From: an uncultured Trueperaceae bacterium
GTDB taxonomy: Bacteria; Deinococcota; Deinococci; Deinococcales; Trueperaceae
Reading direction: 5' to 3'
Length of the DNA: 64,000 nucleotides
Assembly (NCBI GenBank): GCA_963727505.1
Contig: CAVSGP010000004.1
Location: 608,001 to 672,000 of the forward strand
Of the stretch, positions 19,785-29,521 are shown one piece after another (the first letter of the stretch is position 1; each line of letters opens with the position of its first letter). The translations under genes and the position numbers were made by a program. Under the pieces are notes generated by a model. That model made no database searches and was not told the origin of the DNA. It saw nothing but the letters and a program-made list of their open reading frames with translations.

Positions 19785-19919
19785 GCGCCCATGATGCACC
19801 CGTGCGATCCGGGCCTCCCCCCTAACGGCTACCTTCTGCCTCCACGAGCGAAGGTGGGCCCCATGTCACATCGGGGGCGCTGCAGTCCTGGTCCCGAACG
19901 AGCATCTGCTCCCGAACGA

Positions 19920-19950
19920 GAAGAAGCCCCGCCGATCGGCGGGGCTTCTC
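19920..19950 (-). terminator. Intrinsic terminator of the tRNA operon
   Basis: agaagccccgccg-at-cggcggggcttct hairpin immediately 3' of tRNA-Arg. Confidence 0.8.
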
Positions 19951-19954
19951 ACTG

Positions 19955-20031
<77 letters not shown>

Positions 20032-20056
20032 GCGCGTCGTGAACGCGGGAGCTGCT

Positions 20057-20149
20057 TGGCGGAGAGGGAGGGATTCGAACCCTCGATGGAGGTTTTGCCC
20101 CCATACTCCCTTAGCAGGGGAGCGCCTTCAGCCGCTCGGCCACCTCTCC
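20057..20149 (-). tRNA. tRNA-Ser(GCT)
   Basis: GGAGAGGTGGCCGAG..., anticodon loop CT-GCT-AA, long variable arm, encoded CCA. Confidence 0.96.
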
Positions 20150-20172
20150 CGATTGTGCTCCGACCGGACTCT

Positions 20173-20262
20173 TGGCGGAGGGTGAGGGATTCGAACCCCC
20201 GGACGGGTCGCCCCGTCAACGGTTTTCAAGACCGCCGCTTTCAACCACTCAGCCAACCCTCC
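20173..20262 (-). tRNA. tRNA-Ser(TGA)
   Basis: GGAGGGTTGGCTGAG..., anticodon loop CT-TGA-AA, long variable arm, encoded CCA. Confidence 0.96.
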
Positions 20263-20346
20263 GGTCAGCGGCAGCTTGCGGCCGAACCCTCCGGACGGCG
20301 CCGCGAAGGCAACCCTCCAGGACCGGCCGTCCGGTCAGCGTCGGGT

Positions 20347-20376
20347 AGTATACCCACCCCTCTTTCCCGCTGTCAA
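20347..20376 (-). promoter_or_regulatory. Sigma70/SigA promoter of the tRNA operon
   Basis: TTGACA-N18-TATACT. Confidence 0.85.
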
Positions 20377-21170
20377 CGCTCTTCCTTGCGCCCGGGGAGC
20401 CGCTCCGGCGGCTGCTCGGCCGCCCACATCACCTGGCTCACCAGGCCGCGCAACGCCGCCACCTCGCGCGGCGTGAGGGCGACCCGGTCGAACATCCCCC
20501 GGTAGACGCGGAGGATCGCCCGTTCGCGCTGCGCGTCGGTGTAGCCGATGCGGTGGAACGCCTCCACGAGCTGCCCGTAGAAGCGCTCGAGCTGCTCCCG
20601 CGGCGCCCGCTCGACGGTCGCAGGTACGGCTGCGGGCACGGCCCCGGGCGCCGCCGCGGGCACGGTCTCGCCCGCCCCCATGGCATCGGACACGGGTGCG
20701 GCGTGGCGCGCCAGGTGCACCTCGCACGCGACCAGCAGCACCGCCTGGGCCAGGTTGAGCGAGGCGTACGCGGCGGTCGGGATCGACACGTAGCCCTGGC
20801 ACACGTTCAGGTCCTCGTTGCTGAGGCCGTGGTCCTCGGGCCCGAACAGCACCGCCACGCCGTCGTCGAGCAGGTGCGGCGCCGCCTGGCGGGGCGACCA
20901 GGTAGGCAGGGTGTCCGTTCCCCGCAGCCGCGCGCTGGTCCCGAGCACGAAGCGGCGGTCGGCGATGGCCTCCTCCACCGTGTCCACCACCCGGGCCGCC
21001 TCCAGCACGTCGACGGCGTGCGAGGCGAGTGCGCGGGCGCGGTCGTCGATCTTGCAGCGCGGAGCGACCAGCACCAGTTCCCCGAGACCGAAGTTCTTCA
21101 TGGCGCGGGCGGAGGCGCCGACGTTGGCGGAGTCCTTGCTGCGGACCAGGACGATGCGGGGTTCTGCCAC
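20373..21170 (-). CDS. SPOUT RNA methyltransferase, TrmJ/LasT family
   Basis: NVGASARAMKNFG, FGPEDHGL and SLNLAQAV motifs. Confidence 0.88.
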   Translation of the reverse strand: MAEPRIVLVRSKDSANVGASARAMKNFGLGELVLVAPRCKIDDRARALASHAVDVLEAARVVDTVEEAIADRRFVLGTSARLRGTDTLPTWSPRQAAPHLLDDGVAVLFGPEDHGLSNEDLNVCQGYVSIPTAAYASLNLAQAVLLVACEVHLARHAAPVSDAMGAGETVPAAAPGAVPAAVPATVERAPREQLERFYGQLVEAFHRIGYTDAQRERAILRVYRGMFDRVALTPREVAALRGLVSQVMWAAEQPPERLPGRKEER

Positions 21171-21292
21171 GCACCAAGCTATCAGGGTCGCGTACGGCGC
21201 AGCGGCGTGGTCCGCCGCATCCGGTCGGCGTCGAAGCCGGAAATCGTCGTTGGGGACAAGGTTGCATGCCTCCTCCGTGCTAGCGTGGACGC

Positions 21293-21877
21293 ATGAACCG
21301 CCGGTTCTTCTCCAAGCGCCCCGACGACGAGCGCCTGCCGCCGGGGCAGAGCCTCGTCAGGGGCTTCCCGGTACTGACCTACGGGCCCACCCCGCGCCTC
21401 GCCAGGCAGGAACTGAAGCTCACCGTCAGCGGCCTGGCGAAGGCTCGCACGTTCGGTTGGGACGAACTCATGGCGCTTCCGCAGACCGACGTTCGCCGCG
21501 ACTTCCACTGCGTCACCCGGTGGTCGAAGTACGACGTGGGGTGGACGGGCGTACTCACGCGCGACCTGATGGAGCAGCTGGAGGTCGACGGCGCGGCCAC
21601 CCACGTGATGCTGCGCTGCTACGGCGGCTACAGCACCAACCTCGGCCTGGAGGACTTCCTGGCCGACGGCTGCCTCCTCGCCCACCGCCTCGAGGGCGAG
21701 GATCTCGCCGTCGAACACGGTGGACCTCTTCGCGCCATCGTCCCCCACCTGTACGCCTGGAAGAGCGCCAAGTGGCTCTCCGAACTGCACTTCATGGACC
21801 AGAACGTACCCGGCTTCTGGGAACGCAACGGCTACCACACGCGGGGCGACCCGTTCGCGGAGGAGCGCTTCAGCTGA
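21293..21877 (+). CDS. Sulfite oxidase-like molybdopterin oxidoreductase
   Basis: RLPPGQ, DFHCVT.WS, HGGPLR and WKSAKW..GFWE motifs. Confidence 0.9.
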   Translation: MNRRFFSKRPDDERLPPGQSLVRGFPVLTYGPTPRLARQELKLTVSGLAKARTFGWDELMALPQTDVRRDFHCVTRWSKYDVGWTGVLTRDLMEQLEVDGAATHVMLRCYGGYSTNLGLEDFLADGCLLAHRLEGEDLAVEHGGPLRAIVPHLYAWKSAKWLSELHFMDQNVPGFWERNGYHTRGDPFAEERFS

Positions 21878-21969
21878 CGACGGCTCGAGCACCGACCCCG
21901 CCGAGCCACGAAGAGCGGGCGCCGTTCTCATCGAACGGCGCCCGTGATCGCACATCTCACACTTGAACG

Positions 21970-22251
21970 TCAGGAACTCGGTTGACTTTCCTTGATCGCA
22001 TTGAGGTGACGTGCCAGGCGCGCCTTCTTGCGCGCGGCGGTGTTCTTGTGGACCGTGGACACCTTGGTGGCCTTGTCGACCAGGCTCTGCACGACCTTCT
22101 GGTACTTGGCCGCGGCCTCGAAGTCGCCGGACTCGGCCGCCGCCACCGCCTTCTTGGTGAAGGTACGGATGGTGCTCTTGCGCGCCCGGTTGGCGAGCCG
22201 GGCCTTCTCGGACTGGCGATGGTACTTCATCGCGGACGGGTTCCTGGCCAT
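21970..22251 (-). CDS. rpsT: 30S ribosomal protein S20
   Basis: SAMK..RQSEKARLAN...HKNTAARKKARL; AGGAG RBS. Confidence 0.95.
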   Translation of the reverse strand: MARNPSAMKYHRQSEKARLANRARKSTIRTFTKKAVAAAESGDFEAAAKYQKVVQSLVDKATKVSTVHKNTAARKKARLARHLNAIKESQPSS

Positions 22252-22504
22252 GGTTCTCCTTCGAGTCTCTCCAGGCGCGCCCTTCCAGGCGCGCGGACTG
22301 ATGTCACGACGAACGGTCCGGTACGGGACCGGCAGCCTTTGAATGCTAGCACGACGTGGCGTCCATGGCAACGGGACGTTTCCCGTCCCGGGCGTGACGT
22401 GTCGCTGCAGACGACGCTGCAGGCGTCGGCGGCGTAGAATGCCAAGGCTAAGTCCGCACGGTCTTGAGGTCCTCTCGGCCGGTGGTGAGCCAGGAGGGAT
22501 CCCT

Positions 22505-23926
22505 TTGAGTTTCGAACCCTATAACCTCGATGCCCGCATCCAGGCGGGCATCCGAGCAGCAGGCTACGTGAACCCCACCCCCATCCAGGAGCGTGCGCTG
22601 CCGCCCGCGCTCGCGGGACGCGACGTGCTGGGCCTGGCCCAGACCGGCACCGGTAAGACCGCCGGCTTCGTCCTCCCTATCCTCCAGCGTCTGCTGGACG
22701 GCCCCCGTGGCCGGTTGCGCGCGCTGATCGTGGCGCCCACCCGGGAGCTGGCCGAGCAGATCCACGTCGAGATCGGCAAGCTCGGCAAGAAGACCGGCCT
22801 GCGCAGCGCCACCATCTACGGCGGTGTCGGCTTCGCCCAACAGGAGGCCGCGCTGCGCGGCCGTGCCGAGATCGTGGTGGTGTGCCCAGGCCGCTTCCTC
22901 GATCACCTGGGCCGGGGCAACGCCGACCTTCGCGCGCTCGAGGTGGTCGTGCTCGACGAGGCCGACCATCTACTCGACATGGGCTTCCTGCCCGACGTCC
23001 GGCGCATCCTTGCGAAGGTGCCGGATGGTGCCCAGCGCATGCTCTTCTCCGCCACCATGCCGAGCGAGCTGCGCGGGCTGGTGAACGACATGCTCGACGA
23101 CCCCATCACGGTGGAGGTCGGCCGCCGCGAGCCCGCCAAGACCGTTGAGCAGGCACTCTACCCGGTGCTCGGCACCGAGAAGACCGAGCTGCTCAGGCAC
23201 GTCCTGCGCGAGCACGACCCGCGCTCCGCGCTGGTGTTCACGCGCACCAAGCACCGCGCGAAGAAGCTCGCGGCGCAGCTCGATCGCGAGAACCACTTCG
23301 TGACCGCGATCCAGGGCAACCTGTCGCAGAACAAGCGCCAGAAGGCGTTGGACGGGTTCCGCGACGGGCACTACCACATCCTCGTCGCGACCGACATCGC
23401 CGCCCGCGGCATCGATGTCTCGCTCATCTCGCATGTCATCAACTACGACATGCCGGACACCGTGGAGGCGTACATCCACCGCATCGGCCGCACCGGCCGC
23501 ATGGAGCACAGCGGCCAGGCGCTCACCTTCGTGACACCGGACGATGGCGCCATGGTCCGTGCCATCGAGAAGCGCCTGGGTCGTCGCATCGACCGCGTGC
23601 GGATCGACGGCTACGGCGCGGGCAGCGACGCGGTCCAGGCGGACGAACCCGATGCCCGGGGCCAACGCCCCGCCAAGCGCTCGGGCGGCAGGCCGTCCGG
23701 CAACGGCTCGCGTAACGGCTCGCGTAACGGCTCGGGCAACGGCTCGGGCACGCGCGCCGGCAACAGCGCCCGCAACAACGCGGGCAACAACGCCGGTAAC
23801 AGCACGGTTGACAGAACCGCGAACAACCCCGGGGGCGGTCCGCGGCGTCGCCGCGGTCGTCGCCGCGGGCGCGGCGGATCGCAACAGGGCTCGTCGACCT
23901 CCGGAGGGGGTCCGCGAGAGCGCTGA
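22505..23926 (+). CDS. DEAD-box RNA helicase (RhlE-like)
   Basis: PTPIQ, GTGKT, PTRELA, DEAD, SAT and HRIGRTGR motifs; TTG start after GGAGG; low-complexity N/G/R tail. Confidence 0.93.
   Translation: MSFEPYNLDARIQAGIRAAGYVNPTPIQERALPPALAGRDVLGLAQTGTGKTAGFVLPILQRLLDGPRGRLRALIVAPTRELAEQIHVEIGKLGKKTGLRSATIYGGVGFAQQEAALRGRAEIVVVCPGRFLDHLGRGNADLRALEVVVLDEADHLLDMGFLPDVRRILAKVPDGAQRMLFSATMPSELRGLVNDMLDDPITVEVGRREPAKTVEQALYPVLGTEKTELLRHVLREHDPRSALVFTRTKHRAKKLAAQLDRENHFVTAIQGNLSQNKRQKALDGFRDGHYHILVATDIAARGIDVSLISHVINYDMPDTVEAYIHRIGRTGRMEHSGQALTFVTPDDGAMVRAIEKRLGRRIDRVRIDGYGAGSDAVQADEPDARGQRPAKRSGGRPSGNGSRNGSRNGSGNGSGTRAGNSARNNAGNNAGNSTVDRTANNPGGGPRRRRGRRRGRGGSQQGSSTSGGGPRER
23702..23749 (+). repeat. 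12-bp in-frame tandem repeat (NGSR/NGSG x4)
   Basis: aacggctcg(cgt/ggc) x4. Confidence 0.8.
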
Positions 23927-23975
23927 TCGCGCAGTTGCGGGAAGCTGCGGGCTGCAGCGGACATCATGAACTCCG

Positions 23976-23998
23976 AGGGGGCGCCGACGGCGCCCCCT
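23976..23998 (+). terminator. Stem-loop downstream of the helicase gene
   Basis: agggggcgcc-gac-ggcgccccct followed by tcct. Confidence 0.55.
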
Positions 23999-24115
23999 TC
24001 CTCGTAGACGACCACCGGGCCCATCTACCCGGGTGCGCGCGCGCTGCGACACGTCGGTTGTCACGCGCCGAGCGGACCAGGGCCGCGACCCACGATCGGC
24101 ATCGCCACGATGCCC

Positions 24116-24153
24116 TATCATGACTCCATGGCCCATCTGGTCACTGCGTCATG
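24116..24153 (+). promoter_or_regulatory. -10 box (TATCAT) overlapped by a candidate TetR operator
   Basis: catgac...gtca...gtcatg inverted half-sites. Confidence 0.45.
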
Positions 24154-24175
24154 TCCGTCGCGGGCGGCCTGAGCC

Positions 24176-24787
24176 GTGCCGCGCACCTTCTCCAAGACCG
24201 ATCGGGAGGTCATCCGCCAGGCGCTCGCCGATGCCGGAAGGGAGAGCTTCTTGCGCTTCGGGCTGCGCAAGACGAGCGTGGAACAGCTCACCCACACGGT
24301 GGGCATCGCCAAGGGCAGCTTCTACAGCTTCTTCGATTCCAAGGAAGATCTGTGCGCAGCGATCTTCGAGCAGGAGGAGGCGCAGCGCTACGACGCGCTC
24401 GACGCGATCCTTGCGAAGTCCTCCGATCCGCGCCAGACCCTGCGATCGCTGATGCGGCTCGCCCTGGACTTCGTGCAGCGCGACTCGCTGATCGGCGCCC
24501 TTCGGGAGAGCGGAGAACTGGCGCAGATCATGCGCGGCAGGAACGAGGAACGCTGGTCGGAGCACTTCCGCCACGACACCGTCTTCGTTCGCAAGGTCCT
24601 GGAGGCATGCCGTCGCGAGGGAGCCGCGTGCGACATCGACCCGGAGATCGCCACGGGCGTCTTCCGCGCCGTCACCACGCTCGGGTTCCACGAGGCGGAG
24701 ATCGGCTCGGACGTGTTCCCGGAAGCCGTCGATCGGATCGTCGACTGGGTGGCCGAAGGGATCGCCGGGGGGAAGGTACAGCCATGA
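24176..24787 (+). CDS. TetR/AcrR family regulator
   Basis: G..KTSVEQL...GIAKGSFYSFFDSKEDL HTH. Confidence 0.92.
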   Translation: MPRTFSKTDREVIRQALADAGRESFLRFGLRKTSVEQLTHTVGIAKGSFYSFFDSKEDLCAAIFEQEEAQRYDALDAILAKSSDPRQTLRSLMRLALDFVQRDSLIGALRESGELAQIMRGRNEERWSEHFRHDTVFVRKVLEACRREGAACDIDPEIATGVFRAVTTLGFHEAEIGSDVFPEAVDRIVDWVAEGIAGGKVQP

Positions 24788-25746
24788 GCGGAACCGCGGC
24801 CGCGCGGCGTCGCTCCGATGCGACGCCGGCCCCATCGGCAGAGACGGCGGCGATCCTCACGCAGGAGCTCACCAAGCGCTTCGGTGATGTCATGGCGGTG
24901 GACACGCTGTCCATGTCGATCGCCCGCGGGGAGATCTACGGCTTCCTGGGCCGCAACGGCGCCGGCAAGACCACCACCATCCGGATGCTGGTGGGTCTCG
25001 TGCGTCCGACGCGCGGGAGCGTGGCGATCTTCGGACGCGATGTGGCCCAGCACCGCAGGCGGACCGTCGAAGACGTCGGCGTGCTGGTGGAGACGGCCAC
25101 GTCTTACGGCAATCTCACGGTGCTCGAGAACCTGGAGATCCAGCGTCGCCTCACCCGCTCGCCTCGGGAAGCGATCGACCGGGTGGTGGCGCTCCTGGAC
25201 CTGGAGGAGCTCGTCGACCGCCGCGCCGACCGCCTGTCGCTGGGGAACAAGCAACGGCTCGGCGTCGCCCGCGCCATGCTCGCCCGACCGAAGATCCTCG
25301 TCCTGGACGAGCCCGTCAACGGGCTCGATCCGGTGGGCATCGTGGAGATCCGTCATCTGCTGCGTCGTCTGGCAGACGACGAGGGCGTGACCGTGTTCCT
25401 GTCGAGCCACAACCTCGGCGAGGTCGCGCAGCTCGTGGACCGGATCGGGATCATCCATCGCGGGCGCCTCGTCGAAGAGGTCGACATGAGCGCGGCCTCC
25501 GGCGAGGTGCGTATCGAGATCGTCGTGTCGGACGCGGCGGCGGCACGCGGGGCGCTCGCATCGCAGTGGCCGCGCGTCGGGGTCCGCGATCTGGGGCCGG
25601 ACAGGCTGGAGGCGGCGTGCGGCGACGTCGCGCCCTCGGCCGTGATCCGAACGCTGGTCGAAGCGGGGATCGAGGTCGGCGCCGCCTGTCCGCTGCGCAA
25701 CGACCTCGAGACGCACTTCCTGCGCCTGACGGGAGAGGAGCCATGA
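24784..25746 (+). CDS. ABC transporter ATPase (BcrA/LanF-like)
   Basis: GRNGAGKTT, LSLGNKQR and LDEPVNGLDP motifs. Confidence 0.92.
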   Translation: MSGTAAARRRSDATPAPSAETAAILTQELTKRFGDVMAVDTLSMSIARGEIYGFLGRNGAGKTTTIRMLVGLVRPTRGSVAIFGRDVAQHRRRTVEDVGVLVETATSYGNLTVLENLEIQRRLTRSPREAIDRVVALLDLEELVDRRADRLSLGNKQRLGVARAMLARPKILVLDEPVNGLDPVGIVEIRHLLRRLADDEGVTVFLSSHNLGEVAQLVDRIGIIHRGRLVEEVDMSAASGEVRIEIVVSDAAAARGALASQWPRVGVRDLGPDRLEAACGDVAPSAVIRTLVEAGIEVGAACPLRNDLETHFLRLTGEEP

Positions 25747-26522
25747 TGCTGCTGCAGGCGATCTACTGCGAGCTTCTCAAGCTCAAGCGCGCGCGGATCA
25801 CCTGGATCGTGGCCGCGGTCTACCTGTTCGCGTCGCTGATGCTGGGGCTCATGATGGTCGTGCTGATGCACCCCGATGTCGGCCGCAGCATGGGGCTCCT
25901 TACGGCCAAGGCGCAGCTCACCATCGGCGTCGCCAACTGGACCACCTACCTCACCACCATCGCCGCCCTGATCGCCGGCGGTTTGATCGTCCTGGCGGTG
26001 GTCGAGGCGTTCGTGTTCGGACGCGAGTACGCCGAAGCCACGGCCAAGAACCTGCTGACGCTGCCGGTCGGCCGCGCGACCCTCGTCGCCGCGAAGCTCG
26101 CGGTGTCGGCCGTCTGGTTCGTGGCCATGGCCGCCGTCGTGTACGCGGTGGCTCTCGCTATCGGATTCGCGATCGGCCTACCGGGCTACCAAGGAGCCCT
26201 GCTCGCCAGCAGCGCCGGTACCGTCGCCATGCTGGTGCTGCAGGTCCTGCTCGCGGGCGCCGCCGGCGCGTGGCTCGCCGTCGTCGGCCGCGGCTACCTT
26301 GCGCCGATCGGCGTGACGGTCCTTCTCCTCCTCATCGGGAACCTCTTCGCCCACACCGGCTGGGGCCCCTGGATCCCCTGGTCGATCGTGCTCATGACCG
26401 CCGGTACGGTACCCGGCGGGGCCCCCATCGGCGCAGCGTCGATGGCGATCCTCGTGATCTTCTTCGTGGTAGCGGCGTTCGCGACCTACCTCGCCATGGA
26501 CCGCTCGGACAACACGCAGTAG
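25743..26522 (+). CDS. ABC-2 permease (BcrB/LanE-like)
   Basis: E.LKLKR, FGREY...KNLLTLP and 6 TM segments. Confidence 0.88.
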   Translation: MMLLQAIYCELLKLKRARITWIVAAVYLFASLMLGLMMVVLMHPDVGRSMGLLTAKAQLTIGVANWTTYLTTIAALIAGGLIVLAVVEAFVFGREYAEATAKNLLTLPVGRATLVAAKLAVSAVWFVAMAAVVYAVALAIGFAIGLPGYQGALLASSAGTVAMLVLQVLLAGAAGAWLAVVGRGYLAPIGVTVLLLLIGNLFAHTGWGPWIPWSIVLMTAGTVPGGAPIGAASMAILVIFFVVAAFATYLAMDRSDNTQ

Positions 26523-26591
26523 CGCCCGCGGACAGCTCGAGGCGGCCGTGACGAGATGGCCGGTCGGGCACCGAGACAGGTCGTCGCCGAG

Positions 26592-27296
26592 CTACTCCGC
26601 AAGCTCGACCGCGATAGTGTCGATGGGATCGAGCGCGTACCGGACCTGCGTGGGGCCTTCCGCGCGGATCGGCGGGATGATCGAGCCGGTGATGACGACC
26701 TCGCCCTCCCGCAGCGTCTCCCCCATCGACGCGAGAAGGTTCGCGACGTGCATGACGTTGGCGAGCAGGTCGCCGGGGGCAGCCTGGAGATCGTCGACGG
26801 TGCCGAGCGGTACCCCGTCGCGCTCGACCCTGCCGACAAGGCCCTCGAGGTTGCCGCCCGCACGCGTCCGGTCGCGACGGCCGAGGACGACGTGCCGCTG
26901 GAAGACGTCGGCGGCGAGGATGGCCTCCACGTTGTCCGGCGCGAAGCTCAGATCGGCGAGTTCGATCGCGGGCCCGAGAGCGCCGATCGCGTCGCTCACC
27001 GTTCGGCGATCGGTGGTCGCCGGCAGGTCACGGCCCATGGTCACGGCGATCTCCGGCTCGATGACGGGGTTCGTCCAGCCGGCGATGGACACGCGGGCAC
27101 CCGGGTCCACCTCCGCCCCATGCAGCAGGAACCCGACCAGGGGAGCGTCCGTACCGAGCCCCTCCATCGCCGACGGCGTCCCGAAGCCGAGCTTCCAGCC
27201 GAGCGGCGCGTCGCCGCCGGCGAGGCGAGAGCGCCGCAGCCCCAGCTGGCGCTTCATGCCGGCCACGATGCGGGGGTCCTGCGCAGCGGCGCTCAC
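26592..27296 (-). CDS. FAH-family / 2-keto-4-pentenoate hydratase-like protein
   Basis: GWKLGF, IEPEIA, PAIEL and GEVVITGS motifs; GTGA overlap with the cupin gene. Confidence 0.75.
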   Translation of the reverse strand: MSAAAQDPRIVAGMKRQLGLRRSRLAGGDAPLGWKLGFGTPSAMEGLGTDAPLVGFLLHGAEVDPGARVSIAGWTNPVIEPEIAVTMGRDLPATTDRRTVSDAIGALGPAIELADLSFAPDNVEAILAADVFQRHVVLGRRDRTRAGGNLEGLVGRVERDGVPLGTVDDLQAAPGDLLANVMHVANLLASMGETLREGEVVITGSIIPPIRAEGPTQVRYALDPIDTIAVELAE

Positions 27297-27733
27297 CGGC
27301 CGGACCCGCGCGGCGGCAACGCGCCATCCGACCCTTCGTCGCCGCCCGCGACCTCGTAGCCGGCAGCCTCGAGCGACCCCGCCCCGCTCCATCCCCAGAC
27401 GAGGACGACGTCTTCGTCGGTCGTGTTGTCGAAGCCGTGCCAGTGGCCCCGTTCGGTGTACACCACGTCCCCCTGGCCGGCGGGCTCCTCGCCCTCGTCG
27501 GTGTAGATGACGCCGCTCCCCTCCAGCACGAGCAAGAACTCGTCGGCATGGAAGTGGCGGTGCCGCTCGTGGCGCGCGCCGGGCGGCAACACCGTCCAGC
27601 CGAGCACGAGCTTGTCCGATCCCGCGCTCTTCTGGTCGAGGAGGAACTGCACCTGCATGTCGATCCAGCCCTCGTCGCGCGACAGCCCCTCGACGTGGGG
27701 CACCTCGTCCCGATTCGTCCGGTAGGGGCTCAC
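27293..27733 (-). CDS. Cupin domain protein
   Basis: HERHRH..DE..VLEG and GHWHGF cupin motifs. Confidence 0.88.
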   Translation of the reverse strand: MSPYRTNRDEVPHVEGLSRDEGWIDMQVQFLLDQKSAGSDKLVLGWTVLPPGARHERHRHFHADEFLLVLEGSGVIYTDEGEEPAGQGDVVYTERGHWHGFDNTTDEDVVLVWGWSGAGSLEAAGYEVAGGDEGSDGALPPRGSGR

Positions 27734-28614
27734 GACTCGGATCCTCCCAGGCGACGGTAGACCTCGTGGGCTGTGACGAAGTCGCGGCGATCCAGCCCGA
27801 GCCCGCGGCAGGCGTTCATCATCTCGTTGGCGGCCGCCGCCAGGGGCACGGGAGAGCCGAGCCTTCTACCCTGCTCCAGCACGAGCATCATGTCCTTCTG
27901 CTGGAGGTTGACGTCGGCGAGCGCCTGCTCGGGCATGTTGCCCTCCAGGATGAACGGACCCCGGTAGCCGAGCACGGGCGAGGCGGCCACGCTGCCCAGC
28001 ATCGCGTCCACCGCGACCCGCCGGTCGACGCCCCCCTTCTCCGCCAACGCGATCCCCTCGCCGAATGCGATGACCTCGACCATCAGCACGAGGTTGATGG
28101 ACAGCTTCATCTGCGCCGCCATCCCGCTCGCGCCGATGTAGGAGGCCCTGGCGCCGATGTCGAGCAGCACCGCTTCGACCCGTTCGAAGGCTTCCCTGTC
28201 GCCGCCGACCATGATGGACGCCTTCCCCTGCTCTAGCGTCACAGGGCTGCCGGAGAGCGGCGCGTCGAGCATCGTGAGCCCCTCCGCCGCGAAGGCGGCG
28301 GCCACGGCCCGGCTCTCGGCCGGGTCGATGGTGCTCATGTCGAGGTAGACGCCGTCGCTCCGGAGCCCCGACACGATCCCGGCGTCGCCGAGAGCCACGT
28401 CGCGGACCGCGGCCGCGTCCGTCACGATGGAGAAGACCACCTCCGACGCGCGGGCCACGTCCGCGGGGCTGTCGGCCCAGGCCATGCCCGCGTCGATGAG
28501 CGCCGACGCCTTCCCCTTCGTCCTGTTCCACCCGGTCACCCGGTGTCCGGCCGCGAGCAGACGCTCCACGATCCCGGCACCCATGGTCCCGATTCCGACC
28601 ATTCCGACGTTCAT
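27730..28614 (-). CDS. NAD(P)-dependent beta-hydroxyacid dehydrogenase family protein
   Basis: GIGTMG, WNRT, DMST, DAPLSG, MKL..N and QKDM motifs. Confidence 0.9.
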   Translation of the reverse strand: MNVGMVGIGTMGAGIVERLLAAGHRVTGWNRTKGKASALIDAGMAWADSPADVARASEVVFSIVTDAAAVRDVALGDAGIVSGLRSDGVYLDMSTIDPAESRAVAAAFAAEGLTMLDAPLSGSPVTLEQGKASIMVGGDREAFERVEAVLLDIGARASYIGASGMAAQMKLSINLVLMVEVIAFGEGIALAEKGGVDRRVAVDAMLGSVAASPVLGYRGPFILEGNMPEQALADVNLQQKDMMLVLEQGRRLGSPVPLAAAANEMMNACRGLGLDRRDFVTAHEVYRRLGGSES

Positions 28615-28636
28615 GCGTGCTCCCTACATTTGCGCG

Positions 28637-28660
28637 TTGGACGCTATTGTATGCGTCCGA
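28637..28660 (-). promoter_or_regulatory. -10 box (TACAAT) flanked by the inverted repeat GGACGC-N8-GCGTCC
   Basis: Read directly upstream of the three-gene catabolic operon. Confidence 0.55.
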
Positions 28661-28944
28661 CCGATCTCGGACAAGGGCCCGGTCCGCCGCCACAAGGCCA
28701 CGACTCCCACGAATTGCCTGAGAGATGGCCACCCGAAGGCTGCGCCCCCCGAGGCGCTGCCGATGTTCCGGCGAAGCCGACGACGGCAGCGACGTCGGAC
28801 TCCAGGATCGGGTCGTCGACGAGGCCCAACCCGACTTCAGCTCACCGTTGTTCGGCCGGAGACCGGCGAACCCCTTCGCCACCGTCGTCGGCGCCAACAG
28901 CAACCGTCGGTTGGGCGAGATCGTCTCAGGCCTTCCGTGCGGAA

Positions 28945-29290
28945 TCGAACGCGCCGGGGCTCTCTCGAGAGAGCGTTCCTGTGGGCGCTCCGCGGCGTCC
29001 TGCCCCCGGCCAGGGACAACCAGCGAGCGGCGGACCTCCTGGTCGAGGAGATCGGGCCGAACAACCCGTTCACACAGTGGGTGGTGGTCCGACCGGACAC
29101 GCTCCTCGAGGGCGATGTCTCGGAGTACACGTTGCACGGGGGCCTCGTGGACAGCCTCTTCAAACCCGGCAAGACGACCATGACCAACGTCGCGCACTTC
29201 ATGTGCGAGCTGGTGACGAGCCCGAGTGCGTGGGCCGACTGGAAGGGCAAGCAACCGGTGGTCGTCAACGCCCCTTCGAAGCCTGCCTGA
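28945..29290 (+). pseudogene. C-terminal fragment of an NAD(P)H-binding (flavin-reductase-like) protein
   Basis: PP..DN.RAAD, WVVVRPDTL, NVAHFMCEL and WKGKQPV; the N-terminal Rossmann motif and a credible start are absent. Confidence 0.6.
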
Positions 29291-29521
29291 TCGGCATGAA
29301 CTCGAGCACCCTGTCGAAGACGGACGTTGAACCGTCTGGAAGCCTTGGGGCCGTGGGAATGTTCAAGAGCTTGCTGTGCGGGCCGAGAGACACGAAGTCG
29401 GTACGAGAGGCACGGTAGCTCTCCAGTACCGACTTCGCAGGCCGACGGCCACAGACTCGATCAGCGGCAAGCAGATGCCACGACGTGCGACCACCGCCCG
29501 TTCGCGTGCGACTCGACAGCG

